Shown here: positions 24,601 through 37,900 of the stretch, one piece after another
Numbering within the stretch: the stretch's first letter is position 1
How the letters are laid out: every line of letters starts with the position of its first letter
DNA from: Negaprion brevirostris
Taxonomy: Eukaryota
NCBI GenBank assembly: GCA_030324005.1
Contig: JARDVH010000169.1
Span: 12,306,393 to 12,370,392, forward strand
Reading direction: 5' to 3'
DNA length: 64,000 bases
Position numbers and translations under genes: made by a program
Notes under the pieces: generated by a model
Told to the model about the DNA's origin: nothing
What the model saw: the letters and a program-made list of their open reading frames with translations, nothing else
Database searches by the model: none

Positions 24601-25827
24601 CACTCATCCCTTTCCATTTTTATCCTAAAGTAGACGGAATGTGGGAGATTCATTTTGAAAGTCCTGCTGTGAACAATTTGACATTAAATCTGTCAACTCT
24701 TCAAGTAGTAAAGTTAACTGAAACAAGTTGGAGGGGTAACTTTGTTTTCTGTCTGTAACTATTTGTTTTTCAAGAGTTGATGCAGAGATGCAAAAGTGGA
24801 AAAACATTCCATTTCCTGCAGTGAAATCTCCAAGTTGCTGAATTTTTAGCTTCACGTATTTGGAGAAAGAAAACATTATCTTTTCCTCCATTCTTTGCTC
24901 TCATTTTCAAAATAGTAAATAAATAATCCAGATGGAACAACAGACTTCTCAATTTCCAACAATATTACCCTTCGCTAGATTTATCTACCCAAGAAAGCAG
25001 GCTGTCCTCAATATTGTAACCTCGATAAAGAAATATCATCTTTAATCTGATCAAAACTTGGGAGGTCCAATGTAAAAATACAGTAAGTGGTGTATGAAAA
25101 GGCAGCATCTTTCTTATTTTCCCTGAATTAATGTGCCACTTTGCATATTTGATTGAATGCTGTAATTGAACTCCAACTATATCATTGGGCTTGAATGAAA
25201 TTTGGTTCAGCCTATTTCATTCTTTGTATTGTGATTTCCTCAATAGAAGAGTACTTAGCTGATTTTATAGGTACACGTGAAGGTGTTTTTAAAAATACAT
25301 TATTTGACAGCTTTACAAGCTATTGAAACTTTTATCTATAGCTGTGTCAGCAGCAGATAAAAACTCTGAGCTAATGATATATGTTTATTGCATAATCAAT
25401 TTTGTGAATCATTATTAATAGTTCTTTAAAATTCAGCACAGGCGGCAGCTTTTAGCTTTTTTATGCATTGTTTACAAATGTTTGCTGATATTGAAAATCA
25501 TAAAATATGCAGGAACAGCAAATAAAATGTAGGGTTTTCTAATCAGTGTTTTTGCACACAGCTGCATAATAAAGTTTGTAGAGAGGTAGTTTACAAGGTC
25601 CTTAAATAAAGCCTGTGGTTGAGAAACTGCTTTGTGTTTTTGATCCTCTGGCATTTAAAAGAACGACGTCGAGAATAGCTGTTTTTAACTGGAACTAACT
25701 TGGAATCAACCAAAAAAGCTCACTTCAGAAGGTAAAAGAAAAAAGACATATTTTCACAATTATGAAATCTATAAGATTATTATGTTGTGAGGGCTATATG
25801 TTTTCATCCATCAGAATGTTACAGTTT

Positions 25828-27092
25828 AGGACTGTATCTCTAAATTTTGGGTAAATGAAAGAAGTCATGAGACATGCTGGAATCTGCCTGAACGTAAACG
25901 CGGCTTTACTTTCAAAGGAGGGTTCCATTTGTTCTATTGAGAGGGAGGCGCCAGGAACTTGCACTTGATGACAAAGAGTGTACTCTCTAAGGCCCAGAAA
26001 AGTGAAGTCAACTCATGTCATCCACGATCCCCCCATCATGAATTTACTTACCCATGTGAATGTGTATATACACCAGGGTCGCAGTCCGTGGCCCCAAAAC
26101 TTTGCTCATTTGTGATTTAAACTAAAACGTTAAGACTGTGTTAAACTCTCAACTTTTCCATCTGGAAAACACACACTACACATGCACCATTTCTGCACAT
26201 GTACATGTTTACTGTTCATAAAATTATCCTAGGCAAGATTTTGTGGGAATGGAACCTCTGTGAAGGATGGAAGTTGACTGTGATTGATTTCAGGTTGTAA
26301 GAAGTTTTGCTGGAACTTTCCCTTTTATGCCTAAGATGAAAGGGAATTATGATCAGAGATAAATAACATTCTACTTGGATTCAAAGTCAATGTGTGGATC
26401 TTGAGCCCACATTCTGTGTCTGGAATCTCGCCAGAGGCATCACAATTTTGAATTTTCTAATCAGGTTCATGCCCATAACTGATGAGAACCTGATTGGCAT
26501 TCATTTTAATAAATTTAAATCAAATTAAACATCCCTGTCACCAGATCTTCTTCCCTTACTAGATTTTTGTCACGCCAGTGAGGTTTACAATGGGTTCACC
26601 TCAACATTAACCTGCCATGGGGATCCCCTGGGCGGCACAATGGTTAGTATAGCCCCCAGGGGAGATGGACAAAGCAGGTAGCCCTAGCATTCCTCCCTTT
26701 ATGACTGCTCCCCTGGGCCAGGGGACAATGGCAGGGACAGGCCCTAGAGGGAACCTCATGTAGGGGGACTCATTTATTTGTGGTGGTGGGGGGAGATGGA
26801 CATGTGAGAGGTGGGAATGTCAGTGATGATGGGGAAGCAGGGCAAGGCCACAGAAACCTCCATGGTGGAGAGTGGGGGAGCATAAATCTTTCTCCAGTTA
26901 TCAGTGCGTCCCTTTAAAAAGGGTGCCCCAATTTCAGTGGAGCCGGTTCCCAGCTCGAAGAGTCCCACCTGTCTAGAGCGCATACCAAACCCGGTCTTTC
27001 TTTGCAGTTAAAGTCACAAGATCTAGAGAGAAAACTGGCCAGTTTTCTCACCAGAATTGACACTCTGCCAAATTCTCATTAGATTCCACACA
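25828..27092. mobile_element. Two adjacent decayed MITE-like DNA elements
   Basis: Element-like termini meet at ~26230 (aaaattatcct|aggcaagatttt). The GC-rich core contains cctttaaaaagggtgccc, a motif also seen near 60170. Confidence 0.45.
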
Positions 27093-27137
27093 ATTTGTTC
27101 CTAATTATCATGGTGAAGAGGATGGAAGAGACCAATT

Positions 27138-27838
27138 TGTGGTTTAGTTATATATCTCCCTCTCTAGTGAGACATATCACAGAGGGCAGTGGTAGTCTGC
27201 AACTGACTGAAAGGAGGAGAGTAAGGAATGGTGTCAGCCAAGCCTGCACCTTAAGGAGAGAAAATGCTGACCCTATCACTCAGCATGCAGAATGCAGGTG
27301 AAGATCGATTTTGTGAGAAATCAAAACTAGGTTGGAATGTTAGTCTTGCTCACACAATAGGGTGAATCGCGAAGAAAATTTTCGCTGTACGGGTAATATT
27401 GTGAAACAGAAAGGACAGGAGTAAACCCTTTGGAACTGCAAATCACTTCAATTTTAAAGACCAAGTAACATAAAATTAGGGTTTTCAGCTGTTGTTAAAA
27501 GTAAAGGGGGCTAATTAATTTTGGTAATGTAGAGGAAAGTAGTGTTTAGCTGGTGTTTAGTTAGTGTTCAGCTCTGATAAATGGTCATCCTGACTCAAAA
27601 TCTTGGCTCTATTCTCTCTCCAGAGATGCTGTCAGACCTGCGGAGATTTTCCAGCATTTTCTGTTTTTGTTGAGTTAATAGTGTTCTTCATTTTTAGTCA
27701 TTTGATGCAGTAAAAGTTTTAAGATGTGAAACCTTGTCAAGCAATCTTCTTTCAGCTTTGTTGTGCATCCTCCTTTCAGCTACAAACTGAAAATTCGAGC
27801 TTTTTAAACCATTACCAGTCTCTACAGAGATTGTAACA
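27138..27838. mobile_element. Probable solo LTR with a nested Penelope-type end (27588-27672)
   Basis: TGTGG...GTAACA termini with flanks aatt/aaat (one mismatch). The nested segment matches the reverse complement of 30466-30561. Confidence 0.45.
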
Positions 27839-29154
27839 AAATAAAACTACACATGTTACTATATCCAAGTTGATAGATCATTTAGAAATCTATTAACAAA
27901 AGTACCGTTTCTTGCTTGCAATAATTTGTTTTCTCCTCTTTCAAGAAATTGCAATTCGCTATTAATATTATGAACATTTGCATGCTGTGTTTTATTATGG
28001 TCTGTATTTGGATGTTCCTGTAAATTTTGGTGACTGGCATCTTATTAGGTGAATTGGGTCTGGGGTGGCAGTTACAGATGCTGTGGACAGAGAGCACTGA
28101 CACTCACTGGAAATGAAAGCTTGAATGTCTTCCTGGACATTGGCCCAGAATAGAGAACGGGAGCTTTGTTCACACATGCCAGGGCTATCATGGAGTTTGA
28201 AATCTGCATCTCTCAGATGGGAATGATACTACTAGGATGCAGGTTCACTCAATACGGTACTACTATATTCAGTATAAAGTTCCTGGCAAATGTGCTTATT
28301 CTAACGTAATTGACCGTAAATTAACTTGAAAGAAACTTCTTTCGATGTAACCATTGTTAACCTTCAGCAAATAAGTGTTAAGATCAGAGAATATTAACCA
28401 GTATATAATTAAGATAGCCAGGAATAAACAATGGCCACAAAGCACAGTAGCGGGAATTGGGAAATATCTATCAGTGATAGCTTTGTTAAGGTCAGAAAGC
28501 TCTCACCTCCAGCATAGTACAGCATTAGCTAATGTTCAAACAACCCTAATTGGTTTGCTTGTATAAAACAAGGGGCTTTAATGTTTTAAAATGAAAAAGT
28601 ATTCAAACATTAATGAATAAAGTGGTTATTAGCAAAATGCATGACAAAAAGGTGTCCTTAAAAATAATTTGGGATTTGTATTATACAAGGACACATATAT
28701 AAAGCAAAAAAGAGGATAAATGTTTAAACCTTAAGGGTATTTTTAAAATTCATTTATGGAATATGAGCATCACTGGTTAGGCTAGCATTTATTGACCATA
28801 CTTAATTGCCTTTGAGAAGGTGCTGGTGAGCCTCCTCCTTAATTGCTGTGGTCCATGTGTAGTGTGGGTCCACCCATAATGCTGTTAATTTGTTGATACT
28901 GTTTGAAAGGTTGATTCTTAAAATGTTTTGAAGTGAAATGTGTGCTGCAGCTTGCAAATTATCTCCAGTGGAAGGCTAACATGGAATATATGGCCAGGAA
29001 TACATTGGGACTGGTAAAAGATGATAATTTGGAAAAAAAAATTAGTGAAGATGCATCCTGCATGAATAATACCTGAAAATACTTTTCGTATGTCATCTGA
29101 AGGCTGGAATTGCATTGCAGCAGTAAAATTACTGAGAACGATAGAATCTCACTG

Positions 29155-29408
29155 CGTCATCCACGTAACCCCCCGCATTTACCATAGCTAATCCACCTAA
29201 CCTACACATCTTTGAGTATTCAGGGACAATTTAGCGTGGACAATCCACTTAGCCTGCACATCTTTGGACTAGGGAAGAAACTGGAGCACCCAGAGGAAAC
29301 CCATGCAGACACAGGGAGAATGTGCAAACTCTGCACTGAAAGCTGGAATCGAACTCGTGTCCCTGGTGCTGTGAGGCAGCAGTGCTCTATGTGTCACCAC
29401 GCCACCCT
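29155..29408 (-). mobile_element. HE1-type V-SINE
   Basis: Reverse complement of the V-domain and head (ctggagcacccagaggaaacccatgcagacacagggagaatgtgcaaactc...gtgctgtgaggcagcagtgct). Confidence 0.92.
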
Positions 29409-29584
29409 TTACTTCTGCTATCTTATTGTTAATATTCATAGTTTCAGTTTCATGTGCTTTTATATTTGGTCATTCTTGATCCCAGGAATATCTAGATAAT
29501 CATATTTGTGGTTCTTCTGTAAGAATGCCTTTGGTCAAATAATTGTGGAATTATTACTATAAGTTTTCAGGAAATAATATTTGT

Positions 29585-30610
29585 ATTCATTTATGGAATA
29601 TGGGCATTGCTGGCAAAGCCAGTATTTATTGCCAGTCCATAATTGTTCTTGAGAAGGTGGTGGTGAGTCATCTTCTTGAAGCACTGCAGCTCATATGGTA
29701 AATTACTCCCACAGTGCCTTTACAGAGGAAGTTCCAAGATTTTGACCGAGCAACTGTGCAGGAGCGGCAATGTATTTCCAAGTTAGGACCCTTTGTGCCT
29801 TGGAGGTAGTGGTATTTCCATGTGCCCAATGTTCTCCAGCTTCTTTGTGATGGAGGTTACAGATTTGGGCGGTGTTTTTGCGGAAGTTTTGGTGAGTTTC
29901 AAGAGTAGCTCTTACAGATGAGATACATGGCAGCCATGTCATGCAAGTGGTGGAGGGAATTAATGTTTAAGGTAGTAAGTGGAGTGTTATTCAAGTAAGC
30001 TCATTTGTCGTGAATTGTGTTGGAATTCTTAAGTGCTGTTGAAGCTGAGAATATTCCATCACTTGCCTGACCTGTTCCTTACTGTTGTTGGGAAGGATGT
30101 GGNNNNNNNNNNNNNNNNNNNNNNNNNNNNNNNNNNNNNNNNNNNNNNNNNNNNNNNNNNNNNNNAAAAAATCAGCCTCTTATTGGCTATGCTAGACACA
30201 GGTTTTGTGTGTTAAGTTTCTTGTCATTGATTACCCCAGATGCTGTTGATGGGAGGAATCTGGGGATAGTTATATCATTGAATTTTAAGTCAAGCTGCAA
30301 GCTGCACGCCATCCTCACTTGGAACAATATTGATTGGTGAAAATCCTGGAACTCCCTCCCAAATATCATTGTGGTGTACTTGCAATTCAGGGACGGCACT
30401 GGTCAGGAAGACAATTCACCACCATCTATTTAAAAGCAATTGGGAATGGACAATCTGAAGCATAATCAGAGAATGCTGGAAAATCTCAGCAGGTCGGACA
30501 GAATCTGTGGTGAGAGAATAGAGCCAACGTTTCGAGTCTGGATAATTCTTCTTCAGAGCCCAGAGACAGTAAATGCTGGCTGAGCCAACAATGTCCACAT
30601 CCCATAAATG
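29585..30610. mobile_element. Cluster of CR1-clade LINE 3' fragments (29585-30100 minus; 30290-30610 plus, with a nested Penelope-type end at 30466-30561)
   Basis: Shared 3' family sequence in both orientations. The nested gaatgctggaaaatctcagcaggtc...aacgtttcgagtc segment splits the LINE tail. Confidence 0.75.
30521..30561 (-). ncRNA. Minimal hammerhead ribozyme-like motif (second Penelope-type family)
   Basis: Minus strand reads GGGCT-CTGAAGA-A-GAATT-atcca-GACTC-GAAA-CGT-T-GGCTC. The CUGANGA and GAAA boxes and palindromic ACGU stem III are present; stem II is partly mismatched. Confidence 0.5.
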
Positions 30611-30629
30611 ATTTTTTTAAAATGCTAAC

Positions 30630-30890
30630 TTTTTATGTTCCTGGTATGAGTACATCCAAGTCCGTCTGAACATCAATATTTGTAGTTTAATCTCTTTTTT
30701 AAAATATTCTGCTTTTTTATTCTTACCATGCAGGTAAATAACCTTGCACTTTGCCCCATTATACTCCATCTGCCACTTGTTGTTTGCTCACTTAACCTTT
30801 CTAAATCTCTTTGCAGCTTCTCCATGTCCACCGCACAGTTTATGTTCCCACCTAACTTTGGATCATTCGTCAACTTAGATATCTACTCTG
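30630..30890 (-). mobile_element. CR1 RT fragment
   Basis: NDPKLGGNINCAVDMEKLQRDLERLSE (FADDTKLGG...LQRDLDRL-like). Confidence 0.85.
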
Positions 30891-30999
30891 TCTGACTTAG
30901 TCAAGATGTGCTAGTTCCAATTTTTAGCATGCAAGCGGATCTGCAGTGCAGCTTCACGGATTGGCTTCTTATTTTTTAGATCTGCCTTTTGCTTATCTT

Positions 31000-31500
31000 C
31001 TAGCACGCTTTTATTCCCTGGCTTGATGGTAATGGTAGAGTGAGGGGTATTTCAGGTAATGAGATTGTGGTGGAACACAATGCAGCTTTAGCTGAGAGCT
31101 CATAGTTCCTTATGAATGCCTGGTCTTGTGCTGCTGGATCTATTTGGAATCCATTCCATATAGCATGGTGGTAAAGACACACTAGAGTGGAGGGTGCCCT
31201 CTGTAAGATACTGGGATCTGTCTTAGCAAACACTTTCCACTGTCATTTCTACCAGTACTGCAATGGGCAGATCCATCTGTGACATATTGTCAAAGACAAG
31301 GTCAAGTAGGTTTTTCCTTCATATTGTTTCTCTCACTTGCGGCAAGCCCATTCAGACAGCTATATTCTTCAGGACTTGGCCAGTAATGGTGCTACAGGGT
31401 CACCCTAGAGAATGGACACATGTAGAAGTCCTCCACCCAGAGTACATTTGGTATTCTTGCAGCCTTCAGTTCTTCTTCCAAGTTGTGTTCTGTATTGACG
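31000..31500 (-). mobile_element. CR1-clade LINE endonuclease/linker remnant
   Basis: Minus-strand translation LQRAPSTLVCLYHHAIWNGFQIDPAAQD resembles the WHY..A.WD.F..DL segment of CR1-clade ORF2. Confidence 0.55.
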
Positions 31501-31569
31501 AGAATTTACACTTCATTGTGAACAAAATAGATAGTCAAATATCTAATATTTAGATGTAAATAGATCAGA

Positions 31570-32310
31570 GTTGCATTGAAAAAAACTGTGAATTATATTG
31601 TAAGTGGCAGAACCCTTAGGAACATTAACATAGGGATCTGGGTGTGCAGGTTCACTGTTCCCTGAAAATGGCAGTTGGCCAAGGTGATTAAGAAAGCATG
31701 GCACGCTTGCCTCCATCAGCTGGGGCATTGAGTACAAGAGTTGGGAAAACATGTTACAGTTATATAAAACCTTGGTTAAGCTATATTTGGAGTATTGCTT
31801 GCAGTTTTTGTCGCCACACTCAGAAGGACATGGAAGTTTTGGAGAGAGTGCAAAGAAGGTTCACCAGATATTGCATCGTCTCAAGAGTGTTGACTATGAG
31901 GCAAAGTTAATAAACTAGGATAGTTTTCACTNNNNNNNNNNNNNNNNNNNNNNNNNNNNNNNNNNNNNNNNNNNNNNNATAGACAGAGTGGATAGTCAGA
32001 GGCTTTTTTTCTGGGATGGTCAATTATAGTCAGTTTCAAGGAGGCACAGGTTCGAGGTCAGAGGGGGAAAGTTTAAAGGAGATGTGTGGGGCACAGAGTG
32101 GTGGTTGTCTGGAATGTGCTACCAGAGGGGGTGGTGTAAGCAGGCACATTCGCAACATTTAGTAGGCATCTGGATGGGTATATGAATATGGAGGAAATAG
32201 AGGAATATGGACTGAGTAAGGGCAGAAGGTGTTTTTTTTTAGTTTAGTTAGAGCATCATGATCGGCACAGGCTTGGAGGGCTGAAGGGCCCGCTCCTGCG
32301 CTGTACTTTT
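31570..32310 (+). mobile_element. CR1 LINE 3' portion (spans gap)
   Basis: QLYKTLVKLYLEYCLQFLSP...KDMEVLERVQRRFTR, with a 3' UTR ending ggcttggagggctgaagggcccgctcctgcgctgtac. Confidence 0.9.
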
Positions 32311-32349
32311 TAAAATTCTTTTCTCTAACTTGACATGGATCAAGTTGAA

Positions 32350-32959
32350 TCATAAAGCTGGTGGATATTCGACGACCTAAGAATAAAGAACCATCCCAGA
32401 TAAATCCGGCAATTTGTACAAACTTTTAATGACCAAGAATATTTTAGTAAATTGAATAAATATCTTTAGTCAACAGCACTAACAGTACAGCTATTTGATT
32501 TTCCCTTTATACATTCCTCAAACTTCTTTTTCAAGACTTGAGCTACCAATACTAAATACTTCTCACTATCCAAACATTGTGAGCTTCAATGGTGTCATAT
32601 TTAAGAATTCAGCACCTCTATGTATACTCATATGTGGATGATTGGTTAGTCAGAATAGGGGCTTGGGGGAGGGGTACGCTTTTAACTACGTACTCACTAT
32701 ATTGCAGTAACTTGGCTTCATCTGGATCCCATTTAAGGTGTCATGTTTCAGAGTGCACAATCCTGCGTTGCACAAAATAGAGTATTCTTCCCTTTGGCTG
32801 ATGCACAGAAATCAGAATCCTATATCCTCCCCGTATATGAGTCATTAATTTATTTCTGAATGCTCTAGTGGTAGCAACCACCTTTGCAGCCCTCAACATA
32901 TGGTCACTTGAGAATCCTTCAGGCAAGTCCTGGTCTTGCTTCAGGCTTCATGTGTTCCA
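32350..32959 (+). mobile_element. DIRS-like (tyrosine-recombinase) retrotransposon RT remnant
   Basis: ORF 32589-32780 begins VSYLRIQHLYVYSYVDDWLV, matching DIRS RT VAHLR..G..VYPYLDDWL. A downstream frame reads YGHLRILQ (ARLHLRPLQ-like). Confidence 0.55.
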
Positions 32960-33123
32960 NNNNNNNNNNNNNNNNNNNNNNNNNNNNNNNNNNNNNNNNN
33001 NNNNNNNNNNNNNNNNNNNNNNNNNNNNNNNNNNNNNNNNNNNNNNNNNNNNNNNNNNNNNNNNNNNNNNNNNNNNNNNNNNNNNNNNNNNNNNNNNNNN
33101 NNNNNNNNNNNNNNNNNNNNNNN

Positions 33124-34117
33124 CCTCCATTCCCCTGTTATAATTTAACCAGTGATAACTTTCAAATCTGTTGTACTAGCTAACCCAGTAGACAATGTAA
33201 CCACTGGCAAAATGTTGTCAGCTGACCAGGTCTAAAAAGAAACCAGATGGTGACTGTAAGGAGTTTTGTGTGGCCCATGGCATGGCCTGAGTGTTGATAT
33301 AATGAAGTTTCTTTATTAAACCTCTTTGATTTACTTTCTTACTTTTATTGCTTGCAACTGAGGATCATTACTGCTGGATGAACCAGCCCACCGACCATTA
33401 ATGCAGAGTGACAGTGGGCCCCCCCTTTCTCCCTCTCCCCTAATTTCTAATGCAGAGTGCACAGTGGTCCCCTCCCCACCAATCACCCACCCTTGGACTG
33501 GCCCCATCCCCTCAGACGCTCGGTGGGCAGTGCCAGGCAGACACTGCCTGAGGGGCACCATTCCCCTTGCCCCTGACCTCCCGAGGGGGCCTCAACGGCC
33601 TCTGGTTCTACTGGCGAGAGCATAATATCTGGCCCCGCCTTGCAGGGGACCAGCTATGATTCTTGCCGGACAGAACCTGTCCTGGTGAGGCCAAAAAGGC
33701 AAGTGAGCCTGGATGATAACATCCCAGGCTCACTAATCACATTAAAACTAAATTTAAATTCATTTAAATAATTTATTCAGCCTCACTCCAAAAATGGGCA
33801 TGAAGCTAATCATGCAGAATATCTGGTGCCAATATGATTGCGTGAGGCAAGAAATCGGACCCCCATCTGATTTCTTGCCTCAGTTGCAAGCAATAAAAGT
33901 AAGAAAGTAAATCAAAGAGGTTTAATAAAGAAACTTCATTATACCAACACTCAGGCCATGCCATGGGCCACACAAAACTCCTTACAATCGCCATCTGGTT
34001 TCTTTTTAGACCTGGTCTGCTGACAACATTTTGCCAGTGGTTACATTGTCTACTGGGTTAGCTAGTACAACAGATTCGAAAGTTATCACTGGTTACATCA
34101 TAACAGGGGAATGGAGG
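33124..34117. repeat. 240-bp inverted duplication with 514-bp spacer
   Basis: 33124-33363 is the reverse complement of 33878-34117 with about 7 mismatches counted by eye. Confidence 0.95.
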
Positions 34118-34909
34118 GGGGCCTGCTGTCAGTCTGCAATGCCATTGGTGGAGGGAAGGAAGAGGGGATCTGTCTAGGTGGGCGTACGGTCGCAGGGGAC
34201 GATTGGGCGGATGGGGAAGGGTGTTTGTTTCAGGGGTCAATTAGTCTGGGCAGGGGTAGGAGGGTCCTGGGGCTAGATGTGTCTGGGGTCACAATAGGTA
34301 GCTGGGGATGGGGTGCCTGCTTTAGATCGTGGAGCCCAACTGAGAGAGGCAAAGGCTGAGTGACAGGATTCTCTGCTTTCAGAGCATCCGCACTGGCAAC
34401 TTCAGTTGCTCTCAGCCAGTGTTCGGGCAATTTAAGCCTTGCCCCCTCCTCCCCCATTTGCTCAAAGTGCATTGAATCGCAGATTTGGACTCACCCAAAC
34501 AATGGATCAGCAACTCTCCCATTTTCACACTTGTTCTGGACTTAGAACGTTTTCATAAGATCGCTCCCTTTGTCTTTCAAGCAGATCTGCTATAGCAGAT
34601 GGAAGATCAGATGGAGTGTACACTTATAACTGGAGTACTTTGATCAATGATGTGGTTGCTGAACAGCAATGGCAATTAACAAAAGGGTTTTCACTAATGA
34701 ATTTTACCAATAATTAGTATTAAACAAAAAATGATGGAAGTATTAACAAGTCCACCAGCATCTAGTGAATGAAAAAATTGCTTAAGGCTTAAGGTTCCTT
34801 CACAATCAAAAGAAAACCAATCTCCATTGAGGAATGAGGATGAAAATAAATGAAAAGAGCAGAGAAAGGGATTACCTATGGCAATCCGAGGAAGTGAATG
34901 CTTTAGTAG

Positions 34910-37900
34910 TGTTGTCACTTCGAAGGTCACTCATTGAGGCTTCAGGCAATAATTGATTTATTAACAACAGTATGTATTGGGTGCAATCTTACCACCCATT
35001 CAAACCATGCTTTTGCTGCAGTGAAGACAGAGATCTTGGCAACAAGCGAAATGTCCGTTCACAGCAGTGGGATGGGAGATTCCCACGGCATGAATGGTCT
35101 CAATGCTGTAATGCTCCTTCAGTGAATATCAGGGTGGGTAGATGCAAAAGGCAAACTTATCCATCCGGGATCGACATCCCCCTCAGTAGCTACAGCCTCT
35201 TCAGATTATGAAACCTTTGATTACCTCAGCTCCACATTTACATCAAGGATCCCAGGATTGCCACTGATGCATATGAGTTCACGGCATCAGGCCAGTTCTC
35301 TCCCCGAAATGATCCATATGCTATTTTAAACAACAACCTTGTACTTCTGCAACATAGGAAACTTGTCACAATTTTGCCAGCCACCCAGTCGATCTAACTG
35401 CAAAGTTTCTGGCCAGGATTAAATCATGAGCTTGGAAAACTCTGTCCCCTGTTCTTGAGTCATCATTTTCTTTCTGGCAGGTGCCTAGGCCCTGCATGCC
35501 CACCAAATATGGAAATACCAAATCCAAACAGGCCTAAGTGGCTTCACATTAGTAATTCAGCTTCTTTAACCCTTGGGGTCGCACTCGGCGTGGTGCTGTA
35601 TGGCAGTAAGACTCTCCAAACATAAAGGCAATGGATTATGAACTTGCTTTTACATAGATGACTTGAACGTTTATAAGTTCATTCTGCTAACCCACAGGAA
35701 GCTGGGTGACACAGAGCTGACCGAATATGGCAAATACCGTGTGACTTAACAAATTTTCAAAACGCCTCTGATATAAATGCTGTCATTGTTTGACATATCG
35801 ACTTCTATGAAGGCATGGACGATAAAAATCTGCTGCAATTTGTCAGTGGTGGCTGTAGCCATTGCAAACTTCATCAATAAGACATCTAGCCACTTAGAAT
35901 GAGCATCAACTAGGATGGGGAACATATGTCCCATGAACCATTGTATAAAGTTTAGATGTAGTCTTGATGATGCCCGACCCACACACTCCCATAGATGCAT
36001 ATTTACCTGTGGTGACAATGATTGCTGAGCTTCACAACTTGAGCACTTACTGACCATTCTTTGATTTATTTATTGATGCTTGACCACCAAATGTAACTTC
36101 AGGCTAGAGCTTTCATCTGACTTTATTGCCCCATGATAGCAAGCAGCCCTTATGTGTTACCTCTATTCTACACTGCCAGTAAGGTTTCATTTGTTCTGAT
36201 TTATCGTGTCTCTATCCTTGCATCATTATGCACTTAACCTTTGATAACACTGGGTCCCTTCGGTCCAAGTTTTCATATGAATGACTGAAACTGGCAAAGT
36301 ATCTATCAGATGCACTGTTTCTTGTGGTGTAGGTTGTGAAGGTACTGTTTGCAGCAGAGGGAGGAAGCTGAGTGTGTCTGCATTCAGTATTTACATCCCA
36401 GGCCTATGCTGGAAAGAGTACTGTAAACAGCTAGCAATAGAGCCCATCTCTGCACCGTAACAGAGGCAATTGGTAGCGCTGGTTTATCCTCTCTGAATAA
36501 ACTCAACAACCTGTGGTCTGATAATATGATGAAATGTCTACCATATAGATGTACAGATGAAACTTTTTCATCACATAATTTACTATTGGATTCCTTTGCC
36601 AATTTGAAAAACTTTTTCTGAGCATTTAATAAGACCCTTGACACAAATGCAGTTGGTCTTTTGGGCATCTTTTGGGACAAGACTGCTCCCATTACGTATG
36701 GTGATGTGTCACAGGTAGCTCCCAATTGTTTTGTTGGATCAAAGTGTACGAGCAATGCCAATGACTTAAGAATTGATTTACTTTTGCAAACGCTTCTTTT
36801 TATTCTTCTCCCCATTTTTATTGCTGATGCTTCTTTACTCAGAGTAGTAAGGGCATGGAATGCCCTGCCTGCAACAGTAATGGATTCACCAGCATTAAGG
36901 GCATTTAAATGGTCATTGGATAAACACATGGATGATATAGGAATAGCGTAGGTTAGATGGGCTTTAGATTGGTTTCACAGTTGGTGCAACATTGAGGGCC
37001 TAAGGGCTTGTGCTGCTCTAATGTTCTATGTTCTAAAAGCTAAAATTGTAGATTCGTGTTATAAGTATCTGCCATAATAATTTCCATTCCTGGCAACGAT
37101 CTTATCTCTGATACATTTTTAGGTTGAGGCACTTCCTTAACGTCTTTAACTTTATCCTCCTAAGGATGTTGACCTTTTATGTCTACATTGAAATCTAGGC
37201 GTGTAACTTCATCACCTGGAAAGTGCATTTCTCTCATTGGACACCTGCTTCTTTAAATCTTTTTAGAACCTCCTCTAAGTTGCCCTGTGTTCCTCAAGTG
37301 AGGCTCCCATAACTGGAACATTATCCAGATGCACACTACATTAGGAATGCCCTGTAACAAACTTTCTATCATTGGAAAATGGCACAGGTTGATGAGACTC
37401 CGAAAATGTATACTTGTATAACACTTTATGGGTGTTGATGGCAACTAACTGCGGGAAATCTTCATACAATTCCAGCTGCTGGTAGCCATGGCTGGCATTT
37501 GTTGTACTTAAGGCCCCTTGCTAATTTGACATAGAGGTCCTCAATTCTTGGAATGGAATATCTATCTATCTAAGCTCCTCAATTTATAGTTACTTTATAA
37601 TTCCTGCAGATTCTTATGGTGTAATCAGGTTTGAGAATAGGGACTTTGGGTTCAGCCCATTCAGAGAACTGTAGCAGTTTAATGACTCACAAGTCTTCCA
37701 GTTTTCCAAGTTCCACTTTTACCAAATGATAAAGTGCATAAGTCACTGAGTAGGCCCGAAAAAGTTTTGGCATTGCCTTGGCGTTCAATTAAATTTTGGC
37801 CTTCGCCCTTTTATTTGTCCCAGTTCCTTTTGAAAAACCTCTGAATATTTGTACAGTAACTCTTGAAAACCTCCATCTTGAATGTTTAGAATCTCCAACC

